Of a DNA stretch of 64,000 nucleotides, positions 1 through 9,502 are shown in pieces. Location of the stretch: IMG/VR virus record IMGVR_UViG_3300009709_000001, positions 128,001-192,000 of that record. One strand, 5' to 3'. The first letter of the stretch is position 1; each line of letters starts with the position of its first letter. Below the pieces are notes generated by a model. That model saw only the letters and a list, made by a program, of their open reading frames with translations. It searched no databases and was not told where the DNA came from. This stretch comes from a virus. Its lineage: Duplodnaviria > Heunggongvirae > Uroviricota > Caudoviricetes. Position numbers and translations under genes: made by a program.

Positions 1-2
1 CA

Positions 3-212
3 GAAATCATTTGCGATAGATCTCTTGTTCCGAAATTTTGGTACGGTAAAAAGAAATATTATCCAGATATCTATATACCGAAAGATAATCTTATTATCGA
101 GGTCAAATCTAAATGGACTTATAATGGTAAACCGGAATGGTTAGAATCAAACCTTCTTAAACAGCAGGCATGTTTAGATGCCGGATATAACTTTAAATTT
201 ATGATTTACTGA
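3..212 (+). CDS. C-terminal part of a PD-(D/E)XK-type endonuclease (5' partial)
   Basis: Frame from nt 3 reads ...YYPDIYIPKDNLIIEVKSKW...FMIY*, containing a PD...EVK nuclease motif. Confidence 0.6.
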   Translation, partial: EIICDRSLVPKFWYGKKKYYPDIYIPKDNLIIEVKSKWTYNGKPEWLESNLLKQQACLDAGYNFKFMIY

Positions 213-415
213 ATATAATCTATATTTTTTGTAGATAATCGAGTAACATCCCCACCGTCTGGTTTTGCAGAATAGATCGATTTTCCAGATTTTCTTTCCT
301 GAATTATCCAATAAAGAATAGTAAGTGCTTCTGCATTCACTGCTACTGCATTTACACCAAGGGCCGATGTCATCTCGCAGATTTTGGTATCATCGATTTC
401 TATACGAAGTTCCAT
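206..415 (-). CDS. hypothetical protein
   Basis: 69-aa ORF with AAGGA SD upstream. Confidence 0.5.
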   Translation of the reverse strand: MELRIEIDDTKICEMTSALGVNAVAVNAEALTILYWIIQERKSGKSIYSAKPDGGDVTRLSTKNIDYIQ

Positions 416-428
416 ATATTTTCCTTAT

Positions 429-547
429 CAGAATCATTTTTTATTGCCGGTTGCTCTGCCAACTGAGCTACGTCACCGAAGCGACGGCAGGACTCGAACC
501 TGCGACCCACTGGTTGTTTCAATTTTTATTGCGGAACTGATTCTTTA
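429..547 (-). ncRNA. scaffold RNA with circularly permuted tRNA core (T arm, UUCG-closed acceptor, D arm); YrlA/Y-RNA-like
   Basis: TAAAGAATCAGTTCCGCAA...GCAGG-TTCGAGT-CCTGC CGTCGC-TTCG-GTGACG TA GCTC-AGTTGGCA-GAGC...TGATTCTG. Confidence 0.75.
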
Positions 548-608
548 CACATTAGTCGGCCAGCCGCTCGTTAACGGGTCTAGTTATCGGCATAATGCGA
601 AAATCAAT

Positions 609-715
609 CAGATTAGGTTTTGGCGAGTTTTTGCTTTCCCCACCAGAAAGGTTCTTTGTTGGCCCGAAGGCTTTCCAAGTTGCATAATTTTAAGGTATGC
701 TGAACCTAATCTTTA
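609..715 (-). ncRNA. CAGCA-scaffold RNA
   Basis: TAAAGATTAGGTTCAGCA...AACCTAATCTG terminal stem. Confidence 0.6.
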
Positions 716-743
716 CAATCGTTCTATTTTACGTGTTTTCCAA

Positions 744-1106
744 TTAAATGTCAATGGACTCAACAGTGTGATTATACGTGTCAGCTCCAACAGCTGGATC
801 TACTAAGATGTCGCAATCGATATTCATCGACACAGCATCAAAATCCTGGATATTCAGTGTTACCGTATATCCACCAGTGGAATAACATGCAAATCTCTCT
901 AGAATCTGTCTACCAAGACGGATATCCCGAATTGCATCCTTTGCCATTTCCTCGGCATGACGCATCATGAATTGCTTAATATGAATTCTAACTTCTTCTG
1001 AATCGCTAACAGTCGGAATCCAACGAGGAACCCATTTGTTTTCTTTCCATATAAAATCGGCAGCGGTGTCGAGTTGGAAACCGCTGTAATTCACATTAAT
1101 TTTCAT
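744..1106 (-). CDS. hypothetical protein
   Basis: ORF; start moved to MKINV because the upstream part overlaps a structured RNA. Confidence 0.55.
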   Translation of the reverse strand: MKINVNYSGFQLDTAADFIWKENKWVPRWIPTVSDSEEVRIHIKQFMMRHAEEMAKDAIRDIRLGRQILERFACYSTGGYTVTLNIQDFDAVSMNIDCDILVDPAVGADTYNHTVESIDI

Positions 1107-1121
1107 TATGGTCGGTAAGAA

Positions 1122-1337
1122 CAGAGTGATGCAAGGGACACATCGGAATCTAGTTCCTCTGCGCAATAGAGCCTTGCCTCCAGTTCGAACTTTTTACATC
1201 GTCCTAAGATGTTTGGTTGTCTGCATATTGCCGCCCTTTCGGATTTTTATGGCAATAGCTACCCTATCCGAAGATAGGTCTTTATCCAACCTGCTCATTA
1301 CCTTTCGGTATAAGTTGTTTGCTGAACTCACTCTTTT
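1122..1337 (-). ncRNA. large CAGCAA-scaffold RNA with several tetraloop hairpins
   Basis: AAAGAGTGAGTTCAGCAA...TCACTCTG; internal TACC-GAAA-GGTA and CCTATC-TTCG-GATAGG; sigma70 promoter directly upstream. Confidence 0.6.
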
Positions 1338-1353
1338 GTAAATTTGTACACCA

Positions 1354-1383
1354 ATTATAGTGTATGTTTAGTTATGCCGTCAA
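1354..1383 (-). promoter_or_regulatory. sigma70-type promoter
   Basis: TTGACG-17nt-TATAAT. Confidence 0.7.
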
Positions 1384-1417
1384 GTAAAAACCACATGGTT
1401 AATGGTTCAAAAAGACG

Positions 1418-2149
1418 TCATTTTCTTTGACTAGCCTTGTAGGCAAGCTCTTTGTCAATAAAATCCACCGCACGACTCATCAAGCGTTTATAATCCTTGG
1501 ATTTTTCCTTTTCGGGGAACAAGGACGAAACTTTCTTAGCTTTCATGAATCTATCCAAATCTGCATAGGCTTGCTTCTTGATCTGGTTAGGATCAGATAT
1601 TTCCTTTACAAGCTTTTGAATGGACAAAACCATTAGGCTCATTACTTCGGCAAATCTTGCATTAATTTCTGCAGGGCTCGCCAAGTATCGCTGATGACTG
1701 TCAGCATTGCGATATTCCTTATTTTTCGGCGTATCGTAGCGCTTACTCTTACCTGCACGGAAGTTTGACTTGATGTCATCTAATGCGTGCCTAAATTCGT
1801 GGGTCAGAATTCTAAGTAAGGATTGATCAGCCTTTTTCAAGACGCGATCGCTTACATGGACAGTTGTCGTGGATGGATCCCATACTCCATCAACTACAGT
1901 ACCGGTTTGGTTCTTAGTTGCGGGGTCGTCTAGAAGCTCGTCTTGAGGATTGATGACAATGCTAATGTCGCCGAGTGCTTCAAGCGGAGTATTCAGATAA
2001 TCCGAAACCTTTCCTAGGTCAACAGATTCATCTGGTGCAGTACCCGGTGGATATTTCTGCCTAATCATTTTACTGACGGCGCCGGCCAATGAAACAATGG
2101 CCCTATCCTCATTCGCAGTTTCTGACAAAAATATCTCTCTTAAAAACAT
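1418..2149 (-). CDS. zincin-like metallopeptidase domain protein, probably late/virion-associated
   Basis: HEFRH (HExxH) motif; GATAAATA motif upstream. Confidence 0.55.
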   Translation of the reverse strand: MFLREIFLSETANEDRAIVSLAGAVSKMIRQKYPPGTAPDESVDLGKVSDYLNTPLEALGDISIVINPQDELLDDPATKNQTGTVVDGVWDPSTTTVHVSDRVLKKADQSLLRILTHEFRHALDDIKSNFRAGKSKRYDTPKNKEYRNADSHQRYLASPAEINARFAEVMSLMVLSIQKLVKEISDPNQIKKQAYADLDRFMKAKKVSSLFPEKEKSKDYKRLMSRAVDFIDKELAYKASQRK

Positions 2150-2182
2150 CGTGCATCCTTAGATGCACTATTTATCAAGAAA

Positions 2183-3262
2183 TCAATCCTCTTGCTTCAG
2201 AAGAAATTTATTACTGATAACCTTGAAGCTGAAATCACCATCCATTCTCTTCCAAACTTCGCCTTCGCGAATAGGATGAATAATAGATGGGCCATCGGCG
2301 TGGGCCAATAGCGAATTGATATTGGTAATACCCAATTCCTCAAGTGTTGCATTCATGTGCAGAACCGGTACATGCTGTACCATATCTCTGTCCAGGCCAC
2401 GCGCATACATTTCTTCAAGAATAGCATGACGTTCTGTCGGAGGAAGATATTTGCCGGTAACGATATTAAAAATATCGAACACAAAGAGCTTAACCTTCTT
2501 TAGCTGTTCACGGTTTTGTGGGAAGCCCGGCCCCATAATTTCACCCTGAACTGCGAAGTTGCGATCGAAGCTCAGCATTACATCCTTCAGCTTGCTATCC
2601 ACGAATAGACGAACAAGCTTATTATCAATGTTAACTGGATCATCGATATCAAAGTCCCAGTTTCTTCCGCAAACACTTGCGATACTGTCCTTGGTATAAC
2701 CAGTAAAGGATGCGCCATCCATTTTCATGCTGACTTCATAACGAGCATCGGCATTATCAGTAAAGATCTTTCGAACAATGTTCTGACAACGCTGCTGGTA
2801 AGTCTTCGGAATGTCGCCTGGGAAATTACCACGAACTTGTCCAGCCATTTCGTCCGGAATAGGCAGTTCGTATTTGATCACACCGAGCATATCGGTCACA
2901 TCCATGCCATCCTGTGGCGGCATGTAATCATTCGGACCAGTGCAGTTACCGATTGTATCACGGAGACTCTGCATTATAGGCAAGGCAAGGCCTTGGCTTA
3001 ACTGACCACGAAGCTTAATGGTCTTGATGCGAATACCTTCTTTGTCACCAAGGCGCTTAAAGGCACGGGCACGCAGATGCTCAACTTCGGGCATCATTGG
3101 AATCAGACTATCGATTTCAAAGTAGACGCATTGATCGCCTTCCTTGAATTCGCTCTTCAAGACAACGCATTGCCAGCCGTCAATAATGGCCAGCATAATA
3201 GAATCGGCTCCCTCAATAGGAAGCAATTTATCAATTCTACGGATGGTTGCTAGTTGTCTCAT
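2183..3262 (-). CDS. ATP-dependent RNA ligase, DRB0094/Rnl5 family
   Basis: N-terminal OB-like domain (IEGADSI...GWQCVV...YFEIDS), KMDG motif I, QGE, EGEV and FKVIS motifs. Confidence 0.85.
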   Translation of the reverse strand: MRQLATIRRIDKLLPIEGADSIMLAIIDGWQCVVLKSEFKEGDQCVYFEIDSLIPMMPEVEHLRARAFKRLGDKEGIRIKTIKLRGQLSQGLALPIMQSLRDTIGNCTGPNDYMPPQDGMDVTDMLGVIKYELPIPDEMAGQVRGNFPGDIPKTYQQRCQNIVRKIFTDNADARYEVSMKMDGASFTGYTKDSIASVCGRNWDFDIDDPVNIDNKLVRLFVDSKLKDVMLSFDRNFAVQGEIMGPGFPQNREQLKKVKLFVFDIFNIVTGKYLPPTERHAILEEMYARGLDRDMVQHVPVLHMNATLEELGITNINSLLAHADGPSIIHPIREGEVWKRMDGDFSFKVISNKFLLKQED

Positions 3263-3277
3263 GATATGAAATTAAAA

Positions 3278-3472
3278 CAGGATAGTTGGTAGCGCGGTTT
3301 TTTTATTTTCTGGTGGGTTACATGAAACTACCTACCACCCTATTACAGTATTCTTCTGTAAACTATCTGCTGGGTTCTTCGCAGAGCATATCTAGTTCTC
3401 TAGAATATCTATTCCGTGGAGCAAGCTCGTCAATAGAATTTGGCTGGTTTTTGATGCAGTATCTATCCTAAA
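3278..3472 (-). ncRNA. large scaffold RNA (CTGCA variant) directly upstream of the RNA ligase
   Basis: TTAGGATAGATACTGCAT...AACTATCCTG terminal stem enclosing several hairpins. Confidence 0.5.
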
Positions 3473-3476
3473 ACCT

Positions 3477-3560
3477 TGGTACCCCAGACCGGACTCGAAC
3501 CGGTACGCCTCTCAGCGGCGGATTTTGAGTCCGCTTTGTCTACCATTCCAACACCAGGGC
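3477..3560 (-). tRNA. tRNA-Leu(CAA)
   Basis: Cloverleaf, loop CTCAAAA, long variable arm, CCA. Confidence 0.9.
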
Positions 3561-3566
3561 AAATTC

Positions 3567-3800
3567 TTATTTATTCTGGGTGTATTCCTCGTACCATTTT
3601 TTCCATACTGCTTCGGCGTGGAAATAACCTATCACTAACCATGCAAATACAACCAGTGCATAGATCGGTAGTAAATATGGCCATGTAACCGCAGTCAAAA
3701 AGGCACCCATAAGCATCGTCATGAAGAAAGTCACAAAGAATTGATCGGGCTTCATAAGCTCGTGCATCTTCTCTAGAATAATCCATCTCAGAAAATTCAT
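3567..3800 (-). CDS. small membrane protein
   Basis: Two hydrophobic segments. Confidence 0.55.
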   Translation of the reverse strand: MNFLRWIILEKMHELMKPDQFFVTFFMTMLMGAFLTAVTWPYLLPIYALVVFAWLVIGYFHAEAVWKKWYEEYTQNK

Positions 3801-3810
3801 GATGTGTCTT

Positions 3811-4209
3811 TCAAAAAAGCGGCAAATGACCGGTAATTTCGTTTATCTTTGCTTCGTCGTTAGGACCAACCCCAACTGCCGTAAGTGTAGCAACTCCTCC
3901 AAACTCTGTCAAGCCTGCATCTTTGATTAATGAAGCAGGCAATCCAGCAGCGAGGGCTTTCTTATAAATGTCCACTAATTCTTCGTCAGTGGTAACATAA
4001 ACGGCTACCTTCTTGAAATTCCCAACTACCCATTGCTTAATGAAAGGATCAGTTAAGGGAATCTCAAATTTTGTTTCGTCGGCATTCATACTGCCAATAC
4101 CTAGCAACGCACCGGTTGCTGCATGTGCGCCTTGCGCCACATATTTCCCGGTACGCATGTTGCGATCCTTCGGGAATTTCTTCATCACTAAAACTTGCTT
4201 CGAACCCAT
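3811..4209 (-). CDS. pth2: peptidyl-tRNA hydrolase 2
   Basis: KQVLV, GKYVAQGAHA, DAGLTEF and TAVGVGP motifs. Confidence 0.9.
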   Translation of the reverse strand: MGSKQVLVMKKFPKDRNMRTGKYVAQGAHAATGALLGIGSMNADETKFEIPLTDPFIKQWVVGNFKKVAVYVTTDEELVDIYKKALAAGLPASLIKDAGLTEFGGVATLTAVGVGPNDEAKINEITGHLPLF

Positions 4210-4433
4210 TATCCCATCCATTTTAGTTTGAACACCATTAAATCTTCTTCTGTATCAAACCATACACCCGAAGAATCACTGGCAAAGGTGCCGTTGTATT
4301 CCTTCATAACTCTTTCGAGATGAACCCAACCATATATTCCTTCAGGTGCTTCTCTCATTGTTTGCCGTGCGAAAGACCGCCACCATTGGGGGCAGTCTTC
4401 CATTTCTTCAGGTAATGGGAGTTTTACTCCCAC
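4209..4433 (-). CDS. hypothetical protein
   Basis: ORF coupled to pth2 by TAATG. Confidence 0.55.
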   Translation of the reverse strand: MGVKLPLPEEMEDCPQWWRSFARQTMREAPEGIYGWVHLERVMKEYNGTFASDSSGVWFDTEEDLMVFKLKWMG

Positions 4434-4438
4434 TCCTA

Positions 4439-5047
4439 TTACGCCTTGTCTTCGGCTGGCGTCAGAGCCTCAACAGCCGAGCTGTAGATCTTGTGGTAGA
4501 TGCCACGGAAGACCTTCGTCACCAGGGACTGGATCATGTTGATGAGGTCACCTGCAATGTTTTCAATCATCGAGAAGGGCCAAATCAGGATCCATGCAGT
4601 GATGATCGAGAGCATAGCCTTCGGATGAAGGTCGCGAATGACACGACGACGCTGCATTTCATCGGCTTCGCGGTTCTCGACGACAGTCTTGTCAACGTGT
4701 CGCTTGTAACGCCACCAGCTCCAAACGAGGCCGACTGCGACGTAGATCGAAGCACCAACCAAAATCGTCATCAGCGGGACGGCGAAGAAGAAGTACGACG
4801 TTGCTGCCAGGCCGAGCATCATCGTGACTGCCCAACCGCGTGCGCCATTGTGTTCGAACAAGATACCCAACAGGGCCAAGCCGATCAATGCGGGCCAGGT
4901 CATTGCAAGACCGGCGAAGAAGCCGAGTGTTGCAACAATCAGGCCCGGGGAGGCCGAAGCTGCTGCGGCCGAAGCTGCTGCGGTGGGTGCGCTTGCGGCG
5001 CTTGCTGCTGATGCGGCAACTGCTGCCGCGACAATGGTACCAGCCAT
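4439..5047 (-). CDS. membrane protein
   Basis: Ala-rich N-terminus and several TM segments; promoter TTGACA-17-TAAACT at about 5097-5125. Confidence 0.6.
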   Translation of the reverse strand: MAGTIVAAAVAASAASAASAPTAAASAAAASASPGLIVATLGFFAGLAMTWPALIGLALLGILFEHNGARGWAVTMMLGLAATSYFFFAVPLMTILVGASIYVAVGLVWSWWRYKRHVDKTVVENREADEMQRRRVIRDLHPKAMLSIITAWILIWPFSMIENIAGDLINMIQSLVTKVFRGIYHKIYSSAVEALTPAEDKA

Positions 5048-5128
5048 GTTTACCTTTCTGTGTGCGCTTCTTGCGCGTTAAGTAACTGAGCCTGTAGTTT
5101 ACCTGAGACAGTAATTTATGTCAACTGG

Positions 5129-5494
5129 TTAAAACGTGCCACTTTTGTAAATGGCATTCGACATCGACCACTGACGCTTCCACGACCATTCGTCAAGAAC
5201 GAGTTGATTGAAAACGTCTTCTTCAACTTCAATCACATCGTCAACCGAAAGTTCAAGCATGCGAACTGCTTTCTTGTATTCAGCTTCATAAGTGACAGGA
5301 GGAGCGGGAAGAGTCTTGACCTTAGCAAGTTCGCTAAGATCACCAGTCTTTGCCAACTTGAGGTTGGCCTGCACGATTTGCAGCGCGAGCTTTTTATAGT
5401 CCTCGACGGATTCTAAATAGTCGGCAATGTGCTTTGCGAGATTTTCACGAACGACTTGAAGCAACTGTTCGCGCTTCATGTTGATTGAATTCAT
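5129..5494 (-). CDS. hypothetical protein
   Basis: ORF. Confidence 0.6.
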   Translation of the reverse strand: MNSINMKREQLLQVVRENLAKHIADYLESVEDYKKLALQIVQANLKLAKTGDLSELAKVKTLPAPPVTYEAEYKKAVRMLELSVDDVIEVEEDVFNQLVLDEWSWKRQWSMSNAIYKSGTF

Positions 5495-5529
5495 AACATT
5501 CCTTCTGGGGTTTCTCATTATTATTCCTA

Positions 5530-5620
5530 TGGAGGATGAGTGCGGGATCGAACCGCAACCAGTTCATCACTGATCGACTACCTTTCCAGGGTAGCTCAGG
5601 CCCAGCCTGAATACTCATCC
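5530..5620 (-). tRNA. tRNA-Ser(GGA) with extended D stem
   Basis: Loop CTGGAAA, long variable arm, D stem TTCAGG/CCTGAG, CCA. Confidence 0.8.
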
Positions 5621-5654
5621 AATTAGCAATTATAATGTAATGCTATGCTTGTCG

Positions 5655-5903
5655 TCAACCTATCAAAGCAGCAACAAGAAGAAATTCCTCTACTGTTTGA
5701 ATGTCGTTGTTTATCTTTTCCAATAATTCTTCAGCTTTGAGTTTCTTACCACGGCGTGCTTCAACTTCGGCACGTGAAAGTAATTTAACTTCTTCTTGAA
5801 TGTTTCGAATCATCTTCCTTACTTCAAGTCCGTGAGCAAGCCCCACGGTTTTACGCATAAGAGAAACTTCAACATTGGCCCATTCAAGGCTGGTTTTAAT
5901 CAT
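5655..5903 (-). CDS. hypothetical protein
   Basis: ORF. Confidence 0.6.
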   Translation of the reverse strand: MIKTSLEWANVEVSLMRKTVGLAHGLEVRKMIRNIQEEVKLLSRAEVEARRGKKLKAEELLEKINNDIQTVEEFLLVAALIG

Positions 5904-6559
5904 CGGAAATCTTTTTCGTAGATGCTTGTAGACAAAGTTTTAGCTAAATTACGAATTTGGTCAACGTCTTCAGCTGTTGGTTGTCTATTAACATAGATAA
6001 TCACTGAACCTGTAAATCTGCCATAATATGGCGGAATTCCCACGGCACAAGCGGTGTGTATATATTTACCGGCCTCAGGGGCATACTTGGACACAAGTGA
6101 TTCTGAAAACGGATAGCAGATAAATTCACCATTAATCAAATCAACAATATGCCTGTTGTTCACCACATCTGTAGTGAATAACGGTGCATCAGAAATAGAA
6201 GTCTTCACATACTGTTCGTATATGGATGCCAGCACCGGATCCGGTGTTGTTGTATAAATTGGTGTTCTTGTGTTTTTCTGAAAATCGACTACTACAACTT
6301 GAATACCTATAATGATGCTAGATTTCTTAGCAGCATTATCGACATTCTCAATCGATTTCTTAGAAAGTTTCTCAACAGGCGGGCCAACACGACTTAATCG
6401 TGTCTGATTTGCGTAGTTGTAGATAGACTCTCGAAGTTCATATGTAACCAATGCTAATGAAATTACGAACAGAAAGAGTCCGAGCTGGAGGATTTTCTTC
6501 CAGGTAAGAATATTCAGGAACTTCTGAATATTTGTCAAATTGTCGTTTAGTCCAGCCAT
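5900..6559 (-). CDS. putative T4-type holin (single TM plus periplasmic GAF-like domain)
   Basis: 219 aa, one N-proximal TM, two Cys, IPPYYGRFTG; late motif upstream. Confidence 0.45.
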   Translation of the reverse strand: MAGLNDNLTNIQKFLNILTWKKILQLGLFLFVISLALVTYELRESIYNYANQTRLSRVGPPVEKLSKKSIENVDNAAKKSSIIIGIQVVVVDFQKNTRTPIYTTTPDPVLASIYEQYVKTSISDAPLFTTDVVNNRHIVDLINGEFICYPFSESLVSKYAPEAGKYIHTACAVGIPPYYGRFTGSVIIYVNRQPTAEDVDQIRNLAKTLSTSIYEKDFR

Positions 6560-6642
6560 ACTGTCCCTAATAAAATACCTTGCACCTGTTTAGTGCAAAA
6601 TATTTATCGGGTACTACTGGAAAAGGACTCTTGGGTTTTATC

Positions 6643-7362
6643 TCACCGAAAATCTTCGCGTCTTAATGCACGAGTAACCGGCTTCTCATTACCTGACTTT
6701 TCATGTAATATATCATTGATATATATTTGATTGGACAGTTCTGTCGCCAATTGCCTCAGCATCTCAATCTCAATTCCATCTGGTTTATGCTTGATATAGA
6801 TATTCAAATATCCACTAAACTTACCATAATGCGGTGGAATGCTAACTGAACAAATGTGTGTTACGACCGAAGATGCTTTTGCATAGGTTTTTACAGCAAC
6901 CGTATCACTATACGGTGTACAAATAAATTTACCATTGATTAAGGATACTACGCGTCGATTATTTGTTTGGTTATCATTAAAGATAGGTGTATCAGCAATT
7001 GAAGAATTTTGAAAATCATCAATTGCCTGTTTCAACAATGGTTCGGAAATAAATGAATATGATGCTGTCCGAGTATTCTTCTTGAAGTTTATATTCACTA
7101 CCTGAATACCGGCAATCATAGTCGGAAATTTACTAACAGTCTCGGTAATCTTTATCTTCGTTTCGGAAGTTAATTCAATTACAATGACATAATCAGTTTC
7201 TGTCAAGGCGCCCATCTTGATGCTTGCATAGGCACTTTCTCGAAATTGATATCCTATATAGAAAACGAATAACATGAAAAGTAGTACGGCGATCTGGGCC
7301 AATTTTTCCCAAGTCAATGCTTTTAGAAAGCTTGCAGCTACTTTGAAATCTACACCCATCAT
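6643..7362 (-). CDS. paralog of the adjacent putative holin
   Basis: Shares LTW, F.KNTRT, LING.FIC.P and IPP.YG.F.G with 5900..6559. Confidence 0.45.
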   Translation of the reverse strand: MMGVDFKVAASFLKALTWEKLAQIAVLLFMLFVFYIGYQFRESAYASIKMGALTETDYVIVIELTSETKIKITETVSKFPTMIAGIQVVNINFKKNTRTASYSFISEPLLKQAIDDFQNSSIADTPIFNDNQTNNRRVVSLINGKFICTPYSDTVAVKTYAKASSVVTHICSVSIPPHYGKFSGYLNIYIKHKPDGIEIEMLRQLATELSNQIYINDILHEKSGNEKPVTRALRREDFR

Positions 7363-7401
7363 ACTACCTTCTATACTCGACTAAAGTATATTTATCAGAA
7401 G

Positions 7402-7432
7402 AATAGGCGTAGTATTTCTACTACGCCTATTC
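7402..7432. terminator. hairpin, possible terminator
   Basis: AATAGGCGTAGTA-TTTC-TACTACGCCTATT. Confidence 0.5.
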
Positions 7433-7438
7433 TAGGTA

Positions 7439-7523
7439 TGGTGCGACCGACTGGACTCGAACCAGCACAGATTTCTCCACAAGCACCTCAAGCTTGCGCG
7501 GCTACCAATTACGCCACGGTCGC
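7439..7523 (-). tRNA. tRNA-Leu(GAG)
   Basis: Loop TTGAGGT, long variable arm, CCA. Confidence 0.9.
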
Positions 7524-7531
7524 ATTATCTA

Positions 7532-7762
7532 TTAACTCATATCTTCGAGTGTGGTTTCACGAAGGTGGTTCATCTTCATCCAACCGTCGATGTCGAATCC
7601 TTCCGGAAAGACAAGTTTGCGAACTTGCAAACCATCACCGCTTGCATAAGTCTCGTCGCCGTCATCGGCACGTTCTTGCATCTTTTCAAGAACAGCTTCG
7701 TCACGAACCCAACGAATGCTATTGCTACCATCACCGGAATTTGTAATAACGAATTTAATCAT
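7532..7762 (-). CDS. hypothetical protein
   Basis: ORF. Confidence 0.55.
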   Translation of the reverse strand: MIKFVITNSGDGSNSIRWVRDEAVLEKMQERADDGDETYASGDGLQVRKLVFPEGFDIDGWMKMNHLRETTLEDMS

Positions 7763-7905
7763 ATCTCTGTGTATTGAATTAGTCGGAACTGCCCATTAGC
7801 GGAGGGTCCCGCGATCACCGGAGTACAGTCTCCGTAAACGGTTAAGTTCCCAAGTAGGAGTTCTGTACCCTCGCCTATTACGACTAAGGACTCCCACAAT
7901 GAAAA

Positions 7906-7983
7906 TGGTTGCGAACGATTGGATTTGAACCAATGACCTCTGGGTTATGAGCCCAGCGCGCTACCGGGCTGCGCCACGCCGCG
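7906..7983 (-). tRNA. initiator tRNA-Met(CAT)
   Basis: C1:A72 mismatch, GGG/CCC anticodon stem, loop CTCATAA. Confidence 0.85.
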
Positions 7984-8167
7984 TCTGAAAATGTCCGGTT
8001 TATTTCCATGCACAACAAACCGGGAGTCATGCATAGAGTACGCTCACTATCGTACCAGGCGCCGATCCCTTAGGAAGTGTGTGACACACCGAATAATGTT
8101 ATCATTCGGACGGCATATAAGTGGTAGATCGTATACCAACGGGCGATTGCGCCATCATAAAATAATC

Positions 8168-8253
8168 TGGTTGCGGAGGGTGGAATCGAACCACCGGGGA
8201 CAATGTCTTTGGGTTATGAGCCCAACGCGCTACCGACTACGCTCTACCCCGCC
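8168..8253 (-). tRNA. initiator-like tRNA-Met(CAT) with extended variable arm
   Basis: 1:72 mismatch, GGG/CCC, loop CTCATAA, variable region AGACATTGTCCC. Confidence 0.8.
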
Positions 8254-8462
8254 AGTATTCTTGCACTGAGAACTCGAATAAGAGCTGATGTAATTTCACA
8301 TTCAACTATTGTACCAATCCTCAAATTTTCAAACTCTAAATCTGGTGTATGTGGAAACAGATGATAAACGTTACCGTTCTCAACTTTCACATATGCTGTT
8401 CGATAAGGTATAGAAATGTCTACAACCTTACCTTCTATAAAATACGGAATCTCACCAGGCAT
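8244..8462 (-). CDS. hypothetical protein; stop codon lies inside tRNA-Met
   Basis: TAG at tRNA positions 8-10. Confidence 0.55.
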   Translation of the reverse strand: MPGEIPYFIEGKVVDISIPYRTAYVKVENGNVYHLFPHTPDLEFENLRIGTIVECEITSALIRVLSARILAG

Positions 8463-8481
8463 TCCATATTTATCGATTTCG

Positions 8482-8555
8482 TGGTGCTCCCAACAGGAAT
8501 CGAACCTGTGACCCTATCGTACCAAGATAAGATTTTACCACTAGACTATAGGAGC
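8482..8555 (-). tRNA. tRNA-Thr(GGT)
   Basis: Loop TTGGTAC, CCA. Confidence 0.9.
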
Positions 8556-8734
8556 AATCGGATAAGCTATATATCATTCTCTGCATAATATACGCATGGT
8601 TACGGTAGCATCAAACGACATTCCGTAACATATCCTTTAAAGAACAAATTGGTGAAGCGCAGTAATCAAAAATTATAAGTATTTGAAGTGATCCGACTAT
8701 TACGGGTCGAATATACTGCTAACTTTACCGTGCC

Positions 8735-8947
8735 TTAGACCGAGCTGTCGTTGTCGGTATTCGATACAGACTTGGACTTATGGTCTTTGGACTTCAAAGC
8801 AGCTCGGCGGGCTGCTTCGTCATGAAGTTGTGCCTGAATTAGCATATCCTTCATATGAGCTCTGTCTTCTTTAGAACCCTTCATCAGGGCGAGAATACCC
8901 TTCGATGATTTCTTCATTCTAAAGTTTTTATCCGGAATCATTCTCAT
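8735..8947 (-). CDS. hypothetical protein
   Basis: ORF. Confidence 0.55.
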   Translation of the reverse strand: MRMIPDKNFRMKKSSKGILALMKGSKEDRAHMKDMLIQAQLHDEAARRAALKSKDHKSKSVSNTDNDSSV

Positions 8948-9310
8948 TTATCTATTATCCTGCTGCGGCTTTGGTTTCGGAATCGCATTTATTTTTGTTC
9001 TGACTGAAACCAATTGTTCGTTAAGGGTTCTAGCTTTTTTCTCACTGTCCCCTTGGCGTTTATTTAAGTCTATAATAGCACGTTGCATCTCGTTAAGTCT
9101 ACCTGATACGTCATTGGGTGCAGATTCTATTTTTCTAATTTTCGGAACGGCTAAAACAACAGAAATAACCGAAGTAGATAAATCCCAGATTACATCTTTA
9201 ACTTCGTAGTATTCATCCTCAAGTTGTACGGTATCACCTTTTCTCGGAATAAACTGAGTATCCCCTTTGAAAATTTGTTCTTCGTATTCGTTGATGTATG
9301 ATACTAACAT
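8948..9310 (-). CDS. hypothetical protein
   Basis: ORF. Confidence 0.6.
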   Translation of the reverse strand: MLVSYINEYEEQIFKGDTQFIPRKGDTVQLEDEYYEVKDVIWDLSTSVISVVLAVPKIRKIESAPNDVSGRLNEMQRAIIDLNKRQGDSEKKARTLNEQLVSVRTKINAIPKPKPQQDNR

Positions 9311-9322
9311 TCTTTCTTATTT

Positions 9323-9398
9323 TGGCTCCGGAGGTAGGGATCGAACCTACGACACGCGGATTAACAGTCCGCTGCAACTACCTCTGTGCTACTCCGGA
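9323..9398 (-). tRNA. tRNA-Asn(GTT)
   Basis: Loop CTGTTAA, GCCA. Confidence 0.9.
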
Positions 9399-9407
9399 AT
9401 AGTTGTA

Positions 9408-9483
9408 TGGTGGAGGTGACAGGACTCGAACCCGCTACCTACTGAATGCAAATCAGTCGCTCTCCCTGGTGAGCTACACCCCC
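9408..9483 (-). tRNA. tRNA-Ala(TGC)
   Basis: G3:U70, loop TTTGCAT. Confidence 0.9.
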
Positions 9484-9502
9484 ATGAAACTTTATTTATC
9501 TC

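Noticed and set aside
5530-5620. Selenocysteine tRNA
   Set aside because: The D stem is Sec-like, but the anticodon is GGA and the acceptor has 7 bp. No convincing TCA-anticodon tRNA was found in the window.
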